Part shown: positions 25,052-35,435 of the stretch, one piece after another | How the letters are laid out: each line of letters opens with the position of its first letter | How positions within the stretch are numbered: position 1 is the first letter of the stretch | Program-made: the position numbers and the translations under genes | Notes under the pieces: model-generated | Database searches by the model: none | The model's input: the letters and a program-made list of their open reading frames with translations, nothing else | What the model was told of the DNA's origin: nothing | Source: an uncultured Vicinamibacteraceae bacterium | GTDB lineage: Bacteria; Acidobacteriota; Vicinamibacteria; Vicinamibacterales; UBA8438 | Direction of reading: 5' to 3' | DNA: 64,000 nt | Assembly: GCA_964646815.1 (NCBI GenBank) | Contig: CAZYFH010000012.1 | Location: forward strand, 16,641-80,640

Positions 25052-27117
25052 CGCGCGTGACCTGGATCACCCAAAGCGTCGTCGTTGCCGCGTGTGTGGG
25101 CGTTTGCGGGATCGACGCTGAGGCGCGCGTGGTTCGGCTCGTCGTCGAGCGCACGACCCCGTACGCCGGTGGCCGCATGTTCGGCGAACACGGGCCCTTT
25201 GAACGGCTCGAGGGCACCGTGTACATGGAGGTCGACCCGCTCGACCCATCGAACGCCGTCATCGTCAACCTCGACAAGGCGCCGCGCAACCCCGCTGGGC
25301 GCGTCGCCTACAGCGCCCCGTTCGTCATCATCAAGCCAGTGGATGTCAGCCGAGGAAACGGCAAGATCCTGTATGGCATCAACAACCGGGGCAACACCAT
25401 CGAGTTGACGTTTCAGACGTTCCCAAGGCTCCCGCCAGGTGCCGCGCCTGACGACGGCGACGGTCTTTTCTTTCGGCTGGGCTACACCTTCGTCGACGCC
25501 GGCTGGGCGGGTGACATCACGACCACGGCGACGCGTCTGGGCGCCGATCTGCCGGTCGCCCTCGAGCCCGACGGCGGTCCCGCCGTGTCGCGGATCCGGA
25601 TCGAGTATTCGCGCGCCGGGTACACCGTCCCGCTGAAGGGCAACGATCGGTTTCGGAGCTACGAGGCGGCCGACACCGAGACGGCGCTGTCGACGCTCAC
25701 GGTGCGCGACGGCGTGGGTGGCGCCAGGCGTCCGATCGCGCCCGACCGCTGGGGGTTCGGCCGCTGCGAGACCGGTCGATTGTCACTGGAGCCAACGACG
25801 ACCGACCTCTGTCTGTTCGATGGGTTCGACCCGGACCGGATCTACGAGCTTACCTACCCGGCCAAGGGCCCGTGGGTGATGGGTCTCGGCTACGCGGTGA
25901 CGCGCGACCTTGCGTCGTTTCTGCGATACGCGACCGCCGACGACGCCGGCAACCCCAATCCGCTCGGCGCTGGTGACGGGACAGTGGGGGTGCGCCGCGC
26001 CTACGGTTTCGGCATCTCGTCGACCGGGATGTACATGCGTGACTTTCTCTACCTCGGGTTCAACGGCGACGAGGCGGGCCGGCAGGTGTTCGATGCCGTA
26101 CGCATCCTCATCCCCGGCACGCACCGGCTGATGGCGAATGTGGAGTTCGCAGACCCGAATGTCTACTCGAGACAGGACCAGCACCAAGACTTCACGTCGT
26201 CGTCCTATCCTCCGCTCACGTACGCCGTGACAGCCGACCCGGTCTCAGGCATCCGCGACGGCATTCTCACGCGGCCCGAGACCGACCCGCTCGTGTTCCA
26301 TGTCGACACGGCGAACGAATTCTGGCAGATGAACGCCTCGCTGAACGTGCACGACGCCCGTGGCGATGCGGTACCGATCCCCGAGACGGTGCGGTTCTAT
26401 CACCTCGCAAACCATTCGCACGTCGGGGCCAGCGGCGTGGCAGCCAGGCCGACCGACCCCGGCACCTGCGCGTACCCTGTCAACGGCGGCTTCAGTTATG
26501 CGCCGGTGCTGCGGGCGCTGATCGTTGCGCTCGATGCATGGGCCGATCGAGGTGTCGAGCCCCCAGCGAGCGTCTATCCGAGCGTGCGCGACGGGTCCCT
26601 CGTCAGCGTCGCGGAGGCATCCGCGGCGTTTCCGGTGATCCCCGGCGTGACCCACCCGGGTGTCGTGAACGAGCTCGCGTGGCTGGACTTCGGACCCGCG
26701 TTCGGGCCGGCGGGCGGATATATCACCGAGCTGCCGCCTATCCAGCGTGGGAGCTATCCCGTCTTGGTGCCGAAGCCAGACGCGGACGGCGTCGACGCGA
26801 TTGGCATCAGGACCGTGGACGTCGCGGTGCCGGTTGGCACGAACACCGGCTGGAACCTGCGCGCACCCGGAGCGCGCGGCAAGGATCTGTGCGGGCTCAG
26901 CGGCTCTTTCTTTCGCTTCGCCGACACCCGAGCCGAGCGGATCGCCAGCGGCGACCCGCGGCCCTCACTCGAGGAGCGGTACGGTGATCACGCCGGCTTC
27001 GTCGACGCCGTGCGCCGGGCGACGGTCGACCTCATCGATGAGCGGTTACTGCTCGACGAGGATGCCGCGACCATCATCGGGATCGCGACGGAGAGCGACA
27101 TCCTGCAGGGGCACTAA
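25048..27117 (+). CDS. Large secreted alpha/beta-hydrolase-domain-like protein (uncharacterised family)
   Basis: ATGA overlap with the lipocalin gene and GGAGG before ATG 25048. About 690 aa. The N-terminal VVERTTPYAGGRMFGEHGPFERLEGTVYMEVDPLDPSNAVIVNLDKAPRN resembles a recurrent uncharacterised hydrolase-domain family (from memory, not verified). Confidence 0.55.
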   Translation: MTRVTWITQSVVVAACVGVCGIDAEARVVRLVVERTTPYAGGRMFGEHGPFERLEGTVYMEVDPLDPSNAVIVNLDKAPRNPAGRVAYSAPFVIIKPVDVSRGNGKILYGINNRGNTIELTFQTFPRLPPGAAPDDGDGLFFRLGYTFVDAGWAGDITTTATRLGADLPVALEPDGGPAVSRIRIEYSRAGYTVPLKGNDRFRSYEAADTETALSTLTVRDGVGGARRPIAPDRWGFGRCETGRLSLEPTTTDLCLFDGFDPDRIYELTYPAKGPWVMGLGYAVTRDLASFLRYATADDAGNPNPLGAGDGTVGVRRAYGFGISSTGMYMRDFLYLGFNGDEAGRQVFDAVRILIPGTHRLMANVEFADPNVYSRQDQHQDFTSSSYPPLTYAVTADPVSGIRDGILTRPETDPLVFHVDTANEFWQMNASLNVHDARGDAVPIPETVRFYHLANHSHVGASGVAARPTDPGTCAYPVNGGFSYAPVLRALIVALDAWADRGVEPPASVYPSVRDGSLVSVAEASAAFPVIPGVTHPGVVNELAWLDFGPAFGPAGGYITELPPIQRGSYPVLVPKPDADGVDAIGIRTVDVAVPVGTNTGWNLRAPGARGKDLCGLSGSFFRFADTRAERIASGDPRPSLEERYGDHAGFVDAVRRATVDLIDERLLLDEDAATIIGIATESDILQGH

Positions 27118-27824
27118 TTCGCTGGCGTCGCGTAGACCGCCAGGGTGTCTTTGAGGCGCATGACCGAGTCAGGCGCTACGCCGGCGCCCGCCTTCGCCGC
27201 AAGCACGACGTCTGCCGAGTCGAGCCGGTCCCCGTAGAATCTCTCGTTGGCGTCGCGGTCCGGGCGAATCGTGGAACCCTTCAGCGTCACCCCCGCGAAC
27301 ACGCCGCGGGCGCGGGAATAGCTGAGGATCTCCGCTCGCAGATACAGATCGGTCGAGGCCTCGGCGTCCCGCCCGAGGGGGCCGACGACGGCCGATGCAT
27401 CGCCACCGATCTTGAACTTGTTGTCCAGCAGCATCTCCAGCCCGCGCCGGTTCATCACGACCAGCACGAGATCGACGGCTTGACCGCCAATCTGGAGGCC
27501 GAAGCTGCCGCCCGTGAGCGTCACGAACGCCGGCTCTGTCCAGGTGCCGTCGTCCGGTTTACGGGCGCTGATGATGCCTCGGCCTCGATGCCCGCCGAAG
27601 ATGAAGCCGGCCTTGATGGTGGATGGGAACACCGCGACGGCCTCAGCGCTGTCGAGAATCGCACGCGGGATCGCTGAGTCCGGCTCGGTCATCAACTCCT
27701 CGAGGACGGCAGTCGCCCGGTCGACCCGTTCCGCTTCATCGGAGGCCGCGCTCGGGACGGATTGGTCGGCGCAGAGGAACAGGGCGGTCGCCGAGAGGAC
27801 GGTTATGTATCGGTTTCCGGTCAT
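27114..27824 (-). CDS. SYLF (Ysc84/DUF500) lipid-binding domain protein, secreted
   Basis: GAGGAG lies 6 nt before ATG 27824. Motifs AVAVFPSTIKAGFIFGGHRGRGII, GGSFGLQIGGQAVDLVLVVMN, KIGGDASAVVGPLGRDAEA and YSRARGVFAGVTLKGS. Confidence 0.8.
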   Translation of the reverse strand: MTGNRYITVLSATALFLCADQSVPSAASDEAERVDRATAVLEELMTEPDSAIPRAILDSAEAVAVFPSTIKAGFIFGGHRGRGIISARKPDDGTWTEPAFVTLTGGSFGLQIGGQAVDLVLVVMNRRGLEMLLDNKFKIGGDASAVVGPLGRDAEASTDLYLRAEILSYSRARGVFAGVTLKGSTIRPDRDANERFYGDRLDSADVVLAAKAGAGVAPDSVMRLKDTLAVYATPAN

Positions 27825-27958
27825 CCGCATCTCCTCAGCATCTGACATTACACGGTTTCGCGTGGTTCGCCGACGGGTGCGACAGAATCCCCGCATGGCC
27901 CGTGCCGACGACCACAGCTGGCACGCCTCCACCACCGGACGACGCTAAGATCGACACG

Positions 27959-29551
27959 ATGCGCGCCCAATCGACCGCCCGGTGGGCGACAGTCCTGTTT
28001 GTCGCGGTGTCCACGGCGACGGTCTCCGGCCAGGACCGGGCCACGACCCCACCTCTCTTTATCGGCACAATCGAGATCGTCAGCCACGAGGTATTCGACG
28101 AACCTGCGCGGGGGCTCGCCGCTCCGTATCGGGTGGCCAACAACATCCACGTGCGGACGCGCGCTGCGGTCATCAGGCGGGAACTCCTCTTCGCGGCGGG
28201 GGAGCCGATCAACCGGGAACGATTCGAGCAGACCGAGCGCAACCTGCGGGCGCTGCCGTTCCTGCGGGATGCGCGTGTCGAGACGACGCCGGTCGACGAG
28301 GATGGTGATGGGCGCCCCGAGCGAATGGACATCCGGGTGGTGACCTGGGATACGTGGTCGCTCGCCCCACGCTTCGATTTCGAGCAGCTTGATGACCGCA
28401 CCATCTGGGAGATCGGCGCGTCGGAGAAGAACCTGTTCGGCTTCGGGAAGGCGATCACGCTGTCTCACCGAACGACCCTGGACCGTACGACAGACCGGGT
28501 CGTGTATCAGGACCGCCAGCTGGCCGGTTCGCGCTTGGCCTTGACGGCCTCGCTGGCCAATCTCAGCGACGGCGACGAGGAGTTCCTCACGCTCGATCGG
28601 CCGTTCTTCTCGCTGGAGGATCGCTGGGCGGTGTCGATGCGCGCCGGCGCGTTCAGTCGGACCGATCCCATCTTCGAGGACGGCGAGGAGATCGACCGGC
28701 TCCGACACCGCGGCCAGTGGAGCGACCTCGAGATCGCTAGGGCGCTGCTCAGACGGCCGACGAGCGCGCTCCGGGTGCATGCCGCCTACCGTAGCCGGTC
28801 GGAGCGAGTCGGAGGCGACGCGCGTGACTTCGGGATCGTGGAGGTGGGCATCCGATCGGTCGAGCATCAGTTCGTACGGCTCAGCCACGTCAACCAATTC
28901 GAGCGGTCAGAGGATTTCAATCTCGGTGCCGCGTCTTACGGGACGATTGGGGTGTCGGCGGGCGCGCTCGGCGGCAGCAAGGGGCAGGTGGTCTTCTTCT
29001 CGGGTGGTCACACACGCGGGGTGGCGTTCCGGGATGGCCATTTCATCCTGGCCGGCGTCGGGTTCGCCGGCCGCCACGACCGGGGCGTCTGGCGAAATGC
29101 CCTCACGGAGGCCCGCGTTCGCTATCTCCGCCAGCACGCGATGAGACACGCGCTCGTTGGGCGGGTGACGTATCGACACGGCTACAACCTCGATCCCGAA
29201 GTCCAGCTCCTCCTCGGAACGGAGACCGGCTTGCGTGGCTACCCAGTGCGACAGTTCGCCGGTAGCCGGTCGTTGCTGCTGAGCGCCGAGGAGCGCTGGT
29301 TTGTGGCCGACGACGTCGGCCAGCTCCTCTCGCTCGGGCTGGCCGCCTTTGTCGACAGCGGCTTCGCGTGGCCGGAGGGACACGATGTCGATCTCGCAGA
29401 TCTCCGGACCGCGATCGGCGCGAGCCTTTTGATTGGGAGCCATCGGCTGTCGACGCGCGGCGGGGTCCGCCTCGACGTTGGCTTTGGTCTGCATCCGGTC
29501 GGGGGGGCAGGTCACTGGGTGTTCGCGGCGGGGTCCGACATTGCCTTCTGA
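27959..29551 (+). CDS. Omp85/BamA-family outer membrane protein (POTRA plus surface-antigen barrel)
   Basis: ATG 27959 gives MRAQSTARWATVLFVAVSTATVSGQ. The C-terminal barrel ends ..WVFAAGSDIAF, and the GLRGYP motif is present. Confidence 0.7.
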   Translation: MRAQSTARWATVLFVAVSTATVSGQDRATTPPLFIGTIEIVSHEVFDEPARGLAAPYRVANNIHVRTRAAVIRRELLFAAGEPINRERFEQTERNLRALPFLRDARVETTPVDEDGDGRPERMDIRVVTWDTWSLAPRFDFEQLDDRTIWEIGASEKNLFGFGKAITLSHRTTLDRTTDRVVYQDRQLAGSRLALTASLANLSDGDEEFLTLDRPFFSLEDRWAVSMRAGAFSRTDPIFEDGEEIDRLRHRGQWSDLEIARALLRRPTSALRVHAAYRSRSERVGGDARDFGIVEVGIRSVEHQFVRLSHVNQFERSEDFNLGAASYGTIGVSAGALGGSKGQVVFFSGGHTRGVAFRDGHFILAGVGFAGRHDRGVWRNALTEARVRYLRQHAMRHALVGRVTYRHGYNLDPEVQLLLGTETGLRGYPVRQFAGSRSLLLSAEERWFVADDVGQLLSLGLAAFVDSGFAWPEGHDVDLADLRTAIGASLLIGSHRLSTRGGVRLDVGFGLHPVGGAGHWVFAAGSDIAF

Positions 29552-29594
29552 CCTCAGGACTTCCCGCGGTCGGCATCACGCGCGGCGCGCGGCG

Positions 29595-30185
29595 GTGCGT
29601 TTTGCCGGTGGGATCGCAGTCCCCGTGCTGGGGTTGTTCGTGGTCGTGCCAGTCGCCGGGGCCGTCGGAGGACTGACTGGCGGATCCGTGGGGAGTCTTG
29701 CCGGCCTGATGGCGTTCGCCGGCGCGGCAGGTGGCGCGCTCGCAGGGAGCGCGCTCGGGCGCGGGTGGCGGGGCGCGGCGGCGTTCGCGCTGGCGTTTCC
29801 GGTTGGCCTCGCGCTGCCACTCCTCGCCGTGGCGAGTGTGCCGGCGCTGTCGGGTCGTGAGCGTCTCGTCGAGCTGGTTGCCGGGTTCGTGCCTGCTTTC
29901 GCCGCGTCATTCGGATTGATGGGGGGGGTCGGCACGGCGTTGGTGGGCGCGGGCTGGCGACGTGCACTTCAATCATCGCTGGCGTTTTCGCTCGCCGGTG
30001 TGATCGGAGGCTTGGCGCTCACTGCTGTAGCCACCTTCCTCCCAGGAGGGCTGACCGGGCGGTTCCCGGGGTTGTTCGTGATCGCGGCCGCGCTGACCCC
30101 CATCGTGCCCGCCGCGCTGGCGGGCTGGTGGCTCGTCTGGTCCAGTAGTGCGACTCGGGTGTCTCCGCCCAGTCAGGGGAGGTGA
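29595..30185 (+). CDS. Gly/Ala-rich polytopic membrane protein, unknown function
   Basis: In-frame GTG 29595 follows the upstream stop. Multiple glycine-zipper-like hydrophobic segments. The start is uncertain. Confidence 0.45.
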   Translation: MRFAGGIAVPVLGLFVVVPVAGAVGGLTGGSVGSLAGLMAFAGAAGGALAGSALGRGWRGAAAFALAFPVGLALPLLAVASVPALSGRERLVELVAGFVPAFAASFGLMGGVGTALVGAGWRRALQSSLAFSLAGVIGGLALTAVATFLPGGLTGRFPGLFVIAAALTPIVPAALAGWWLVWSSSATRVSPPSQGR

Positions 30186-30268
30186 GGATGCGCAATCCCG
30201 GATGCCGGCTTGTTCAGTCCACGAACACATGTCGGCCCTGACCCGCCATCCGGCCCACTGTTCGGCGC

Positions 30269-30940
30269 TCAGGTCCCCAGCCGCTCAGCGTCCCTCTCCG
30301 CGCGATAGATGAAGAAGAGCGCGGCCGCGGACAACAGGTGCCAGATGGCATGCGGTTGGACGACGTGCGCGAGCCCGCCGCCCAGACACGCCACCGCGGC
30401 GTGATCGAGGACCAGCAGCGCGATCCCTGGGAGAACCAGCGCAACGGCGATGCGGTAGTCTGACGATCCGGCGCGGCCAGCCGGCCCGCCGAGATGCAAC
30501 AACAGGACGGCCATGGTCTGAACGGTGACACCGGCAAATCCGAGCCACAGGTGCAGAAACGGGAGCAGCGCAGCGACGCCGGCGAACGTGAGGACCGCAC
30601 GCGGGAACGCGCGCCGTGCCACGTATCCTCGCGAGACGAGCGAGGCGGCCAGCAGATGGCCGGTCACCAGGAAGATGGCGGCGAGGTCCACTAACTGCAA
30701 CGTCGCGGTGAACGAGGCGTGAAACAGCATCGACGCCAGACCGACCACGGCGATGACCGCCGGGAACCGCGCGATGGGAAGGTGCCGATCGTCGGGACGG
30801 GATGTGGTCCAGATGATGATCGCCGTCGCCAGATAGGCGATCGCGGTGGTAGCTTCGGCCGGATGGACGACCCAGCCCGCGACGTCTGGCTCGCAGGTGT
30901 CGAGTACCGCGCGTTCGAAGCCGCTCCACGGACCGCGCAT
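30269..30940 (-). CDS. Alkaline-ceramidase/CREST-like 7-TM hydrolase
   Basis: ATG 30940 lies 5 nt after the upstream stop. GLASMLFHASFTATLQLVDLAAIF and QPHAIWHLLSAAALFF resemble ceramidase-family His motifs. Confidence 0.6.
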   Translation of the reverse strand: MRGPWSGFERAVLDTCEPDVAGWVVHPAEATTAIAYLATAIIIWTTSRPDDRHLPIARFPAVIAVVGLASMLFHASFTATLQLVDLAAIFLVTGHLLAASLVSRGYVARRAFPRAVLTFAGVAALLPFLHLWLGFAGVTVQTMAVLLLHLGGPAGRAGSSDYRIAVALVLPGIALLVLDHAAVACLGGGLAHVVQPHAIWHLLSAAALFFIYRAERDAERLGT

Positions 30941-30945
30941 GCGCC

Positions 30946-32640
30946 TCAGCGAGCGGCAGCCGTCCGACCCGCCTCCCCGAGCAACTCCCGCCAGGCCCGG
31001 CCCACGTCGTCGCCGAAGCGCTGGCCGATCGTGACAAAGTCTTCGTAGTGGTTCGGGTGGTCGCCGTTCCACCAGCCAACGTAGTCGGCGAGCGGGATCA
31101 TGTACGACAGGTAGTCCTGCGCCGAGCCGATGACGGCGTGATGGGTGCCGGGCATGAGCCGGTCGACGCCAGGCATGGCGGGAAAGTGCCACGTGCCCCA
31201 CCGGTCCCCGTAGTCGGCCGTGCTTGCTGTGCGACCGAGGAAGTACGCCGGGTCGATTTCACCGGGCGCGGTGAGGAGGCTGAGATCGCCGATGCGGACG
31301 AGGCTGACCTCCGCCCGCACGCAGCCGAGCGGTCCCCAGCAGCGGGGCCAGTGATATCGAGGCTGGTCCTCGGGCGCCACGTCATCGTTCCAGACCGACC
31401 AGGTCGCGAGCAGGTGAATCACGTTGTCCACCGGCGTGTCGAACGATGTCGTGTGAACCGACACCGTCCCACGGTTCGTAGCGGCGGCCGTTTCGAGCGC
31501 TCGTGTGGCTGCATTCGCCACTTCGTAGCCGGTCGATCGGATTTTGTCCCAGCCGTCGGTCACCAGGACGGGGGTTGGGATGCCGCCGTCACCGACCTCG
31601 ACCACCCGTTCTCCCGCATCGCTCCAGAGCGGCACCGGCGTTCCGCGCAGCCCTCCAATCTGGTTGCCCAGTGTCCCGACGACATAGACGGCCACGCCGC
31701 CACGGCGCTCCTCGACGAACTCGCGCAAGTAGTGCGGGTAGTCGCTCGAGATGAGCCGATTGGCGCTTCCGAGCGTATCGGGGTGATTGTGCCAGTTAAC
31801 GAAGGTCGCGATCGGCGTGCCGGTGGAGACGGCGTCGAACCCTGCAGTCACGATGCGCGTGTTGCGGACGATAGGGTCGCGCTGGTCCCGTTGAATAAGA
31901 AACTCGTCATAGGCCGCCGCCGAATCGTCAAACTCGTTATTGACGTCGGGCAATCGGCAGTCCGGGTCGTGCTTGAGTTCCCCGGTGCGGGGATCGCGAC
32001 ACGAGACGTGGGTGGTCGTCGCAACCGTCATGGTGGCCGGGCGCAGCTGCCCGATCGCTTCGTCGATCGACTGGTAGATGCGCGCGCGGACGTCCGCCAT
32101 GTACCGGGCGTTTCGGCCGGGCATCAACGTGGACCAGTAGCCGCTGCCATCAGGCGCGGAGTGCGTGTGGGTCGAGTGGATGATGACATGCGTCGCTGGG
32201 ACGCCGAGGGTCTGCTCGACGCGGCGCCGCACGCGGCCCGTGTGCTTGCGACCGAGACCGGGCAGATCTGTCGAGACGATGACCACGGTGTCTCCGTTGG
32301 TGCCACGGATTGCCAGGGCGCGGGACCAGAGCGGGTCGTGGATCCCCGTGGCTAGGCGGTTGTCGGCCCGCAGCGGGATAAAAGGGCTGAATCCGGCGAG
32401 ATGGACCCAGCGAAAGCAGTCGCCGAGTTCGTCGAATTGGGTAGGTCCGGCGTCGGGCGCGGCGTGCTCGCACAGCCGCGGCGTGATCTCGACAGCGGCC
32501 GCGCCAGCGTGCAGCTGCGCGGTGACCGGTGAGGCGTGGAAAGCTGAGGCGATGGCTGCAATGGCGAGCGCCCTCGCCCGCGACCCGACCGCGCGACACT
32601 GACAACGGTCAGGCGGTCTCGATGCCAGCGGCGCGGCCAA
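30946..32640 (-). CDS. Neutral/alkaline non-lysosomal ceramidase-like secreted hydrolase
   Basis: Signal peptide present. [40 protein letters not shown] and [14 protein letters not shown] match the neutral ceramidase N-domain. Confidence 0.7.
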   Translation of the reverse strand: MAAPLASRPPDRCQCRAVGSRARALAIAAIASAFHASPVTAQLHAGAAAVEITPRLCEHAAPDAGPTQFDELGDCFRWVHLAGFSPFIPLRADNRLATGIHDPLWSRALAIRGTNGDTVVIVSTDLPGLGRKHTGRVRRRVEQTLGVPATHVIIHSTHTHSAPDGSGYWSTLMPGRNARYMADVRARIYQSIDEAIGQLRPATMTVATTTHVSCRDPRTGELKHDPDCRLPDVNNEFDDSAAAYDEFLIQRDQRDPIVRNTRIVTAGFDAVSTGTPIATFVNWHNHPDTLGSANRLISSDYPHYLREFVEERRGGVAVYVVGTLGNQIGGLRGTPVPLWSDAGERVVEVGDGGIPTPVLVTDGWDKIRSTGYEVANAATRALETAAATNRGTVSVHTTSFDTPVDNVIHLLATWSVWNDDVAPEDQPRYHWPRCWGPLGCVRAEVSLVRIGDLSLLTAPGEIDPAYFLGRTASTADYGDRWGTWHFPAMPGVDRLMPGTHHAVIGSAQDYLSYMIPLADYVGWWNGDHPNHYEDFVTIGQRFGDDVGRAWRELLGEAGRTAAAR

Positions 32641-34249
32641 GATCCAGCTCCTTGATGGCGATCTCCCGCATCCGGAACTTCTGCACCTTGCCGGTGACCG
32701 TCATCGGAAACTCCTCCACCTGCTTCCAATAGCGGGGGATCTTGTAGGTCGCGATGGTGCCCTTGCAGAACGCGTCGAGTTGGTCATCCGTGAGCGAGGC
32801 CCCCGCCTTCGGCTTGACCCACGCCATGACTTCCTCCCCGTACGTGGACGAGGGGACGCCGATGACCTGGGCGTCTTCGATGTCCGGATGAGTGTAGAGG
32901 AACTCCTCGATCTCTCGCGGGTAGACGTTCTCGCCGCCACGGATGATCAGATCCTTGATACGGCCGACGATGCTGAGGAAGCCGTCGGCATCCATCGTCG
33001 CGAGGTCGCCAGTGTGCATCCAGCGCGCACTGTCGATTGATGCCGTCGTGGCGTGCGCGTCGTTCCAGTATCCGAGCATGACCGAATACCCACGCGTGCA
33101 CAGCTCCCCCCGCATGCCCTGCGGCACGACCTGGCCGGTCTCAGGGTCGACCACCTTGATCTCAACGTGTGGGTGAATTCGTCCGACGCTGGTCACCCTC
33201 TTCTCGACCGGGTCGTCGACGCGTGTCTGTGTCGACACGGGGGAGGTTTCTGTCATCCCGTAGCAGATCGTGATCTCTTTGACGTGCATCCGGTCGCGCA
33301 CCTGCTTCATTACCTCGACGGGGCACGGCGAGCCGGCCATGACTCCGGTGCGGAGCGAGGAGAGATCTCTCCGATCGCAGTCGGGGTGGCTCAGCTGGGC
33401 GATGAACATCGTCGGCACGCCGTAGACCGACGTGCATCGCTCGACCTCGATGGCGGACAGCGTTTTCGCCGCGTCGAAGCCTTCCGCGGGCACGACGATG
33501 CACGAGCCATGACTCGTGCAGGCGAGGTTGCCGATGACCATGCCGAAGCAGTGATAGAAGGGCACCGGTATCGCCACCCGGTCGGCCTCGGTGTAGCCGA
33601 GGATCTCGCCACAGAAGTAGCCGTTGTTCAGGATGTTGTGGTGCGAGAGCGTGGCGCCCTTGGGCGACCCGGTCGTGCCCGAGGTGTACTGGATGTTGAT
33701 GGGATCGTCGAACGCCAGGGAGCCCTCACGGTCCGCCAGCGCCGCCTCGTCGGTTGCCGAGGCCTCTTCGAGCAGGGCCTCCCAGTCGTCGTCGATGACG
33801 ATCACCTCGGTCAGCATGGGGCACCGCGCGCGCACCCGGTCGAGGACGGCGCCGTAGTCCGTTGTGCGGAACCGACGCGCGTGCAGCAGCATGCGGACAC
33901 CGGACTGGGTGAGCGCGTGTTCGAGTTCTTTGGCCTTGTACGCCGGGTTCACGTTGACGAGCACCGCGCCGACGCGCGCGGTCGCATACTGCGTAATTAC
34001 CCATTCGTAGCGGTTGGGGGCCCAGATGCCGACACGGTCGCCCTTGGCGATGCCTCGCCCGAGGAGAGATCGCGCGAGCCGCGATGTGTCCTGCCAGAAC
34101 TGCCGGTAGGTGGCCCGGTAGTCCTGCGAGCGGACGACGAGGGCATCGCACTCCGCGAATCGTTCAGCGGTCCGGCGCAAGTTGGTCCCGATGGTCTCGC
34201 CGAGCAGCGGCACGTCGGTCGCGCCGTGCGCATAGGAGGGAGCGCCCAC
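32609..34249 (-). CDS. AMP-dependent acyl-CoA synthetase (fatty-acid--CoA ligase)
   Basis: [21 protein letters not shown]-binding motif, plus [36 protein letters not shown] and GKVQKF. Confidence 0.9.
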   Translation of the reverse strand: MGAPSYAHGATDVPLLGETIGTNLRRTAERFAECDALVVRSQDYRATYRQFWQDTSRLARSLLGRGIAKGDRVGIWAPNRYEWVITQYATARVGAVLVNVNPAYKAKELEHALTQSGVRMLLHARRFRTTDYGAVLDRVRARCPMLTEVIVIDDDWEALLEEASATDEAALADREGSLAFDDPINIQYTSGTTGSPKGATLSHHNILNNGYFCGEILGYTEADRVAIPVPFYHCFGMVIGNLACTSHGSCIVVPAEGFDAAKTLSAIEVERCTSVYGVPTMFIAQLSHPDCDRRDLSSLRTGVMAGSPCPVEVMKQVRDRMHVKEITICYGMTETSPVSTQTRVDDPVEKRVTSVGRIHPHVEIKVVDPETGQVVPQGMRGELCTRGYSVMLGYWNDAHATTASIDSARWMHTGDLATMDADGFLSIVGRIKDLIIRGGENVYPREIEEFLYTHPDIEDAQVIGVPSSTYGEEVMAWVKPKAGASLTDDQLDAFCKGTIATYKIPRYWKQVEEFPMTVTGKVQKFRMREIAIKELDLGRAAGIETA

Positions 34250-34296
34250 TCGACCGTGATTATAATGGGCTAGCCAGCCCTGTAAGGATCCAACGA

Positions 34297-35223
34297 GTGT
34301 TTCACGGCTCGCGACTCGGCGCGTGTGCCGGCGTGGTCGCCGCAGGGTTCGTCGTCCTCGCTGACGGCGCGCCGCGGGCGCAGCCGCGGGAAACCCAGAT
34401 CTTCCGGTCCGGCGTCGACCTGGTACAGGTCACCGCGACCGTCCGGGACGGCGACGGCCGCCTGGTTGGCGATCTCGTGCGCGACGATTTCGAGATTCTC
34501 GAAGACGGACGACCCCAGCCGATCACGCAGTTCGACCGCGGCCGCGTCCCGGTCAGCCTGGGTGTCGTGCTCGATGTCAGCGAGAGCATGTACGGCCGGC
34601 GGATGGAGGACGCGCGATTCGCTCTCCGGCGATTCCTGGTCGATCTCCTCGAGCCGACCGACGAGGCCTTTCTCGTCGTCTTCAACCACGACCCGCGCCT
34701 CGAGGAGCCGTGGACCGCTGGGCCGCACCGGCTGCAGGGACGCCTGGACGACGTGCGCCCGTACGGCGCCACGGCCATCTACGACGCCATGGACATGGCA
34801 CTGCCGTTGTTTGCCTCGCGGTCGCATGCGCGCGCCGCGCTGGTGCTGATCTCGGACGGCTCCGATACGGCCAGCGATGCGACCCCGACTGACGTGCGTC
34901 GCGCAATCCGGCAGTCCGACGCGTTTGTCTACGCGATTGGGATTGACGCCACTGAGCACCGACCCATCAACGACAGCGTGAATCCACGGGTGCTGCGCGA
35001 GATCACCGACGAGAGCGGCGGCTACACCGAGATCATTCACGACAGTCCCGACCTGGCGCCTGCGACCGAGCGGATCGCGGAGGAACTGAATCACCAGTAC
35101 ACGCTCGGCTATACACCGACGCGCGCGCCGGACGGGAGGTATCACCGTATACGCGTGCGTGTCGGTCGGGGCGACTACGACGTGCGGGCACGGCGTGGGT
35201 ATGTCGCGACAACCAATCCGTAG
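34297..35223 (+). CDS. VWA domain protein of the acidobacterial VWFA-related type
   Basis: AAGGA before GTG 34297 and a signal peptide. [44 protein letters not shown], then a VWA core (VLDVSESM.., [10 protein letters not shown]). Confidence 0.8.
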   Translation: MFHGSRLGACAGVVAAGFVVLADGAPRAQPRETQIFRSGVDLVQVTATVRDGDGRLVGDLVRDDFEILEDGRPQPITQFDRGRVPVSLGVVLDVSESMYGRRMEDARFALRRFLVDLLEPTDEAFLVVFNHDPRLEEPWTAGPHRLQGRLDDVRPYGATAIYDAMDMALPLFASRSHARAALVLISDGSDTASDATPTDVRRAIRQSDAFVYAIGIDATEHRPINDSVNPRVLREITDESGGYTEIIHDSPDLAPATERIAEELNHQYTLGYTPTRAPDGRYHRIRVRVGRGDYDVRARRGYVATTNP

Positions 35224-35246
35224 GTGACGGCGGCGCCTCTGGGCAG

Positions 35247-35435
35247 CTGGTGGCCCTGTATGGCCTGTCTCGGGTGACTCAAGAGCGCTCACCGGGCGGG
35301 CGACCCCGCGCTGGCCGACGTTGGACCATACGTCAGCGCGGTCACACACGGTGTGTCTGCTTCCTCGTCGCGCCTCGTCAGCCGGGTGGCCGCGCGCCGG
35401 TGACCACGACCGATTCAGCTGATACAGGCCACTAG
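35247..35435. mobile_element. MITE-like element, copy 3
   Basis: Left end CTGG+TGGCCCTGTATGGCCTGTCTCGGGTGACTC; right end GATTCAGCTGATACAGGCCA+CTAG. The core is near-identical to copy 4. It lies between the convergent VWA and PQQ-dehydrogenase genes, and its right CTAG is the dehydrogenase stop codon. Confidence 0.7.
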
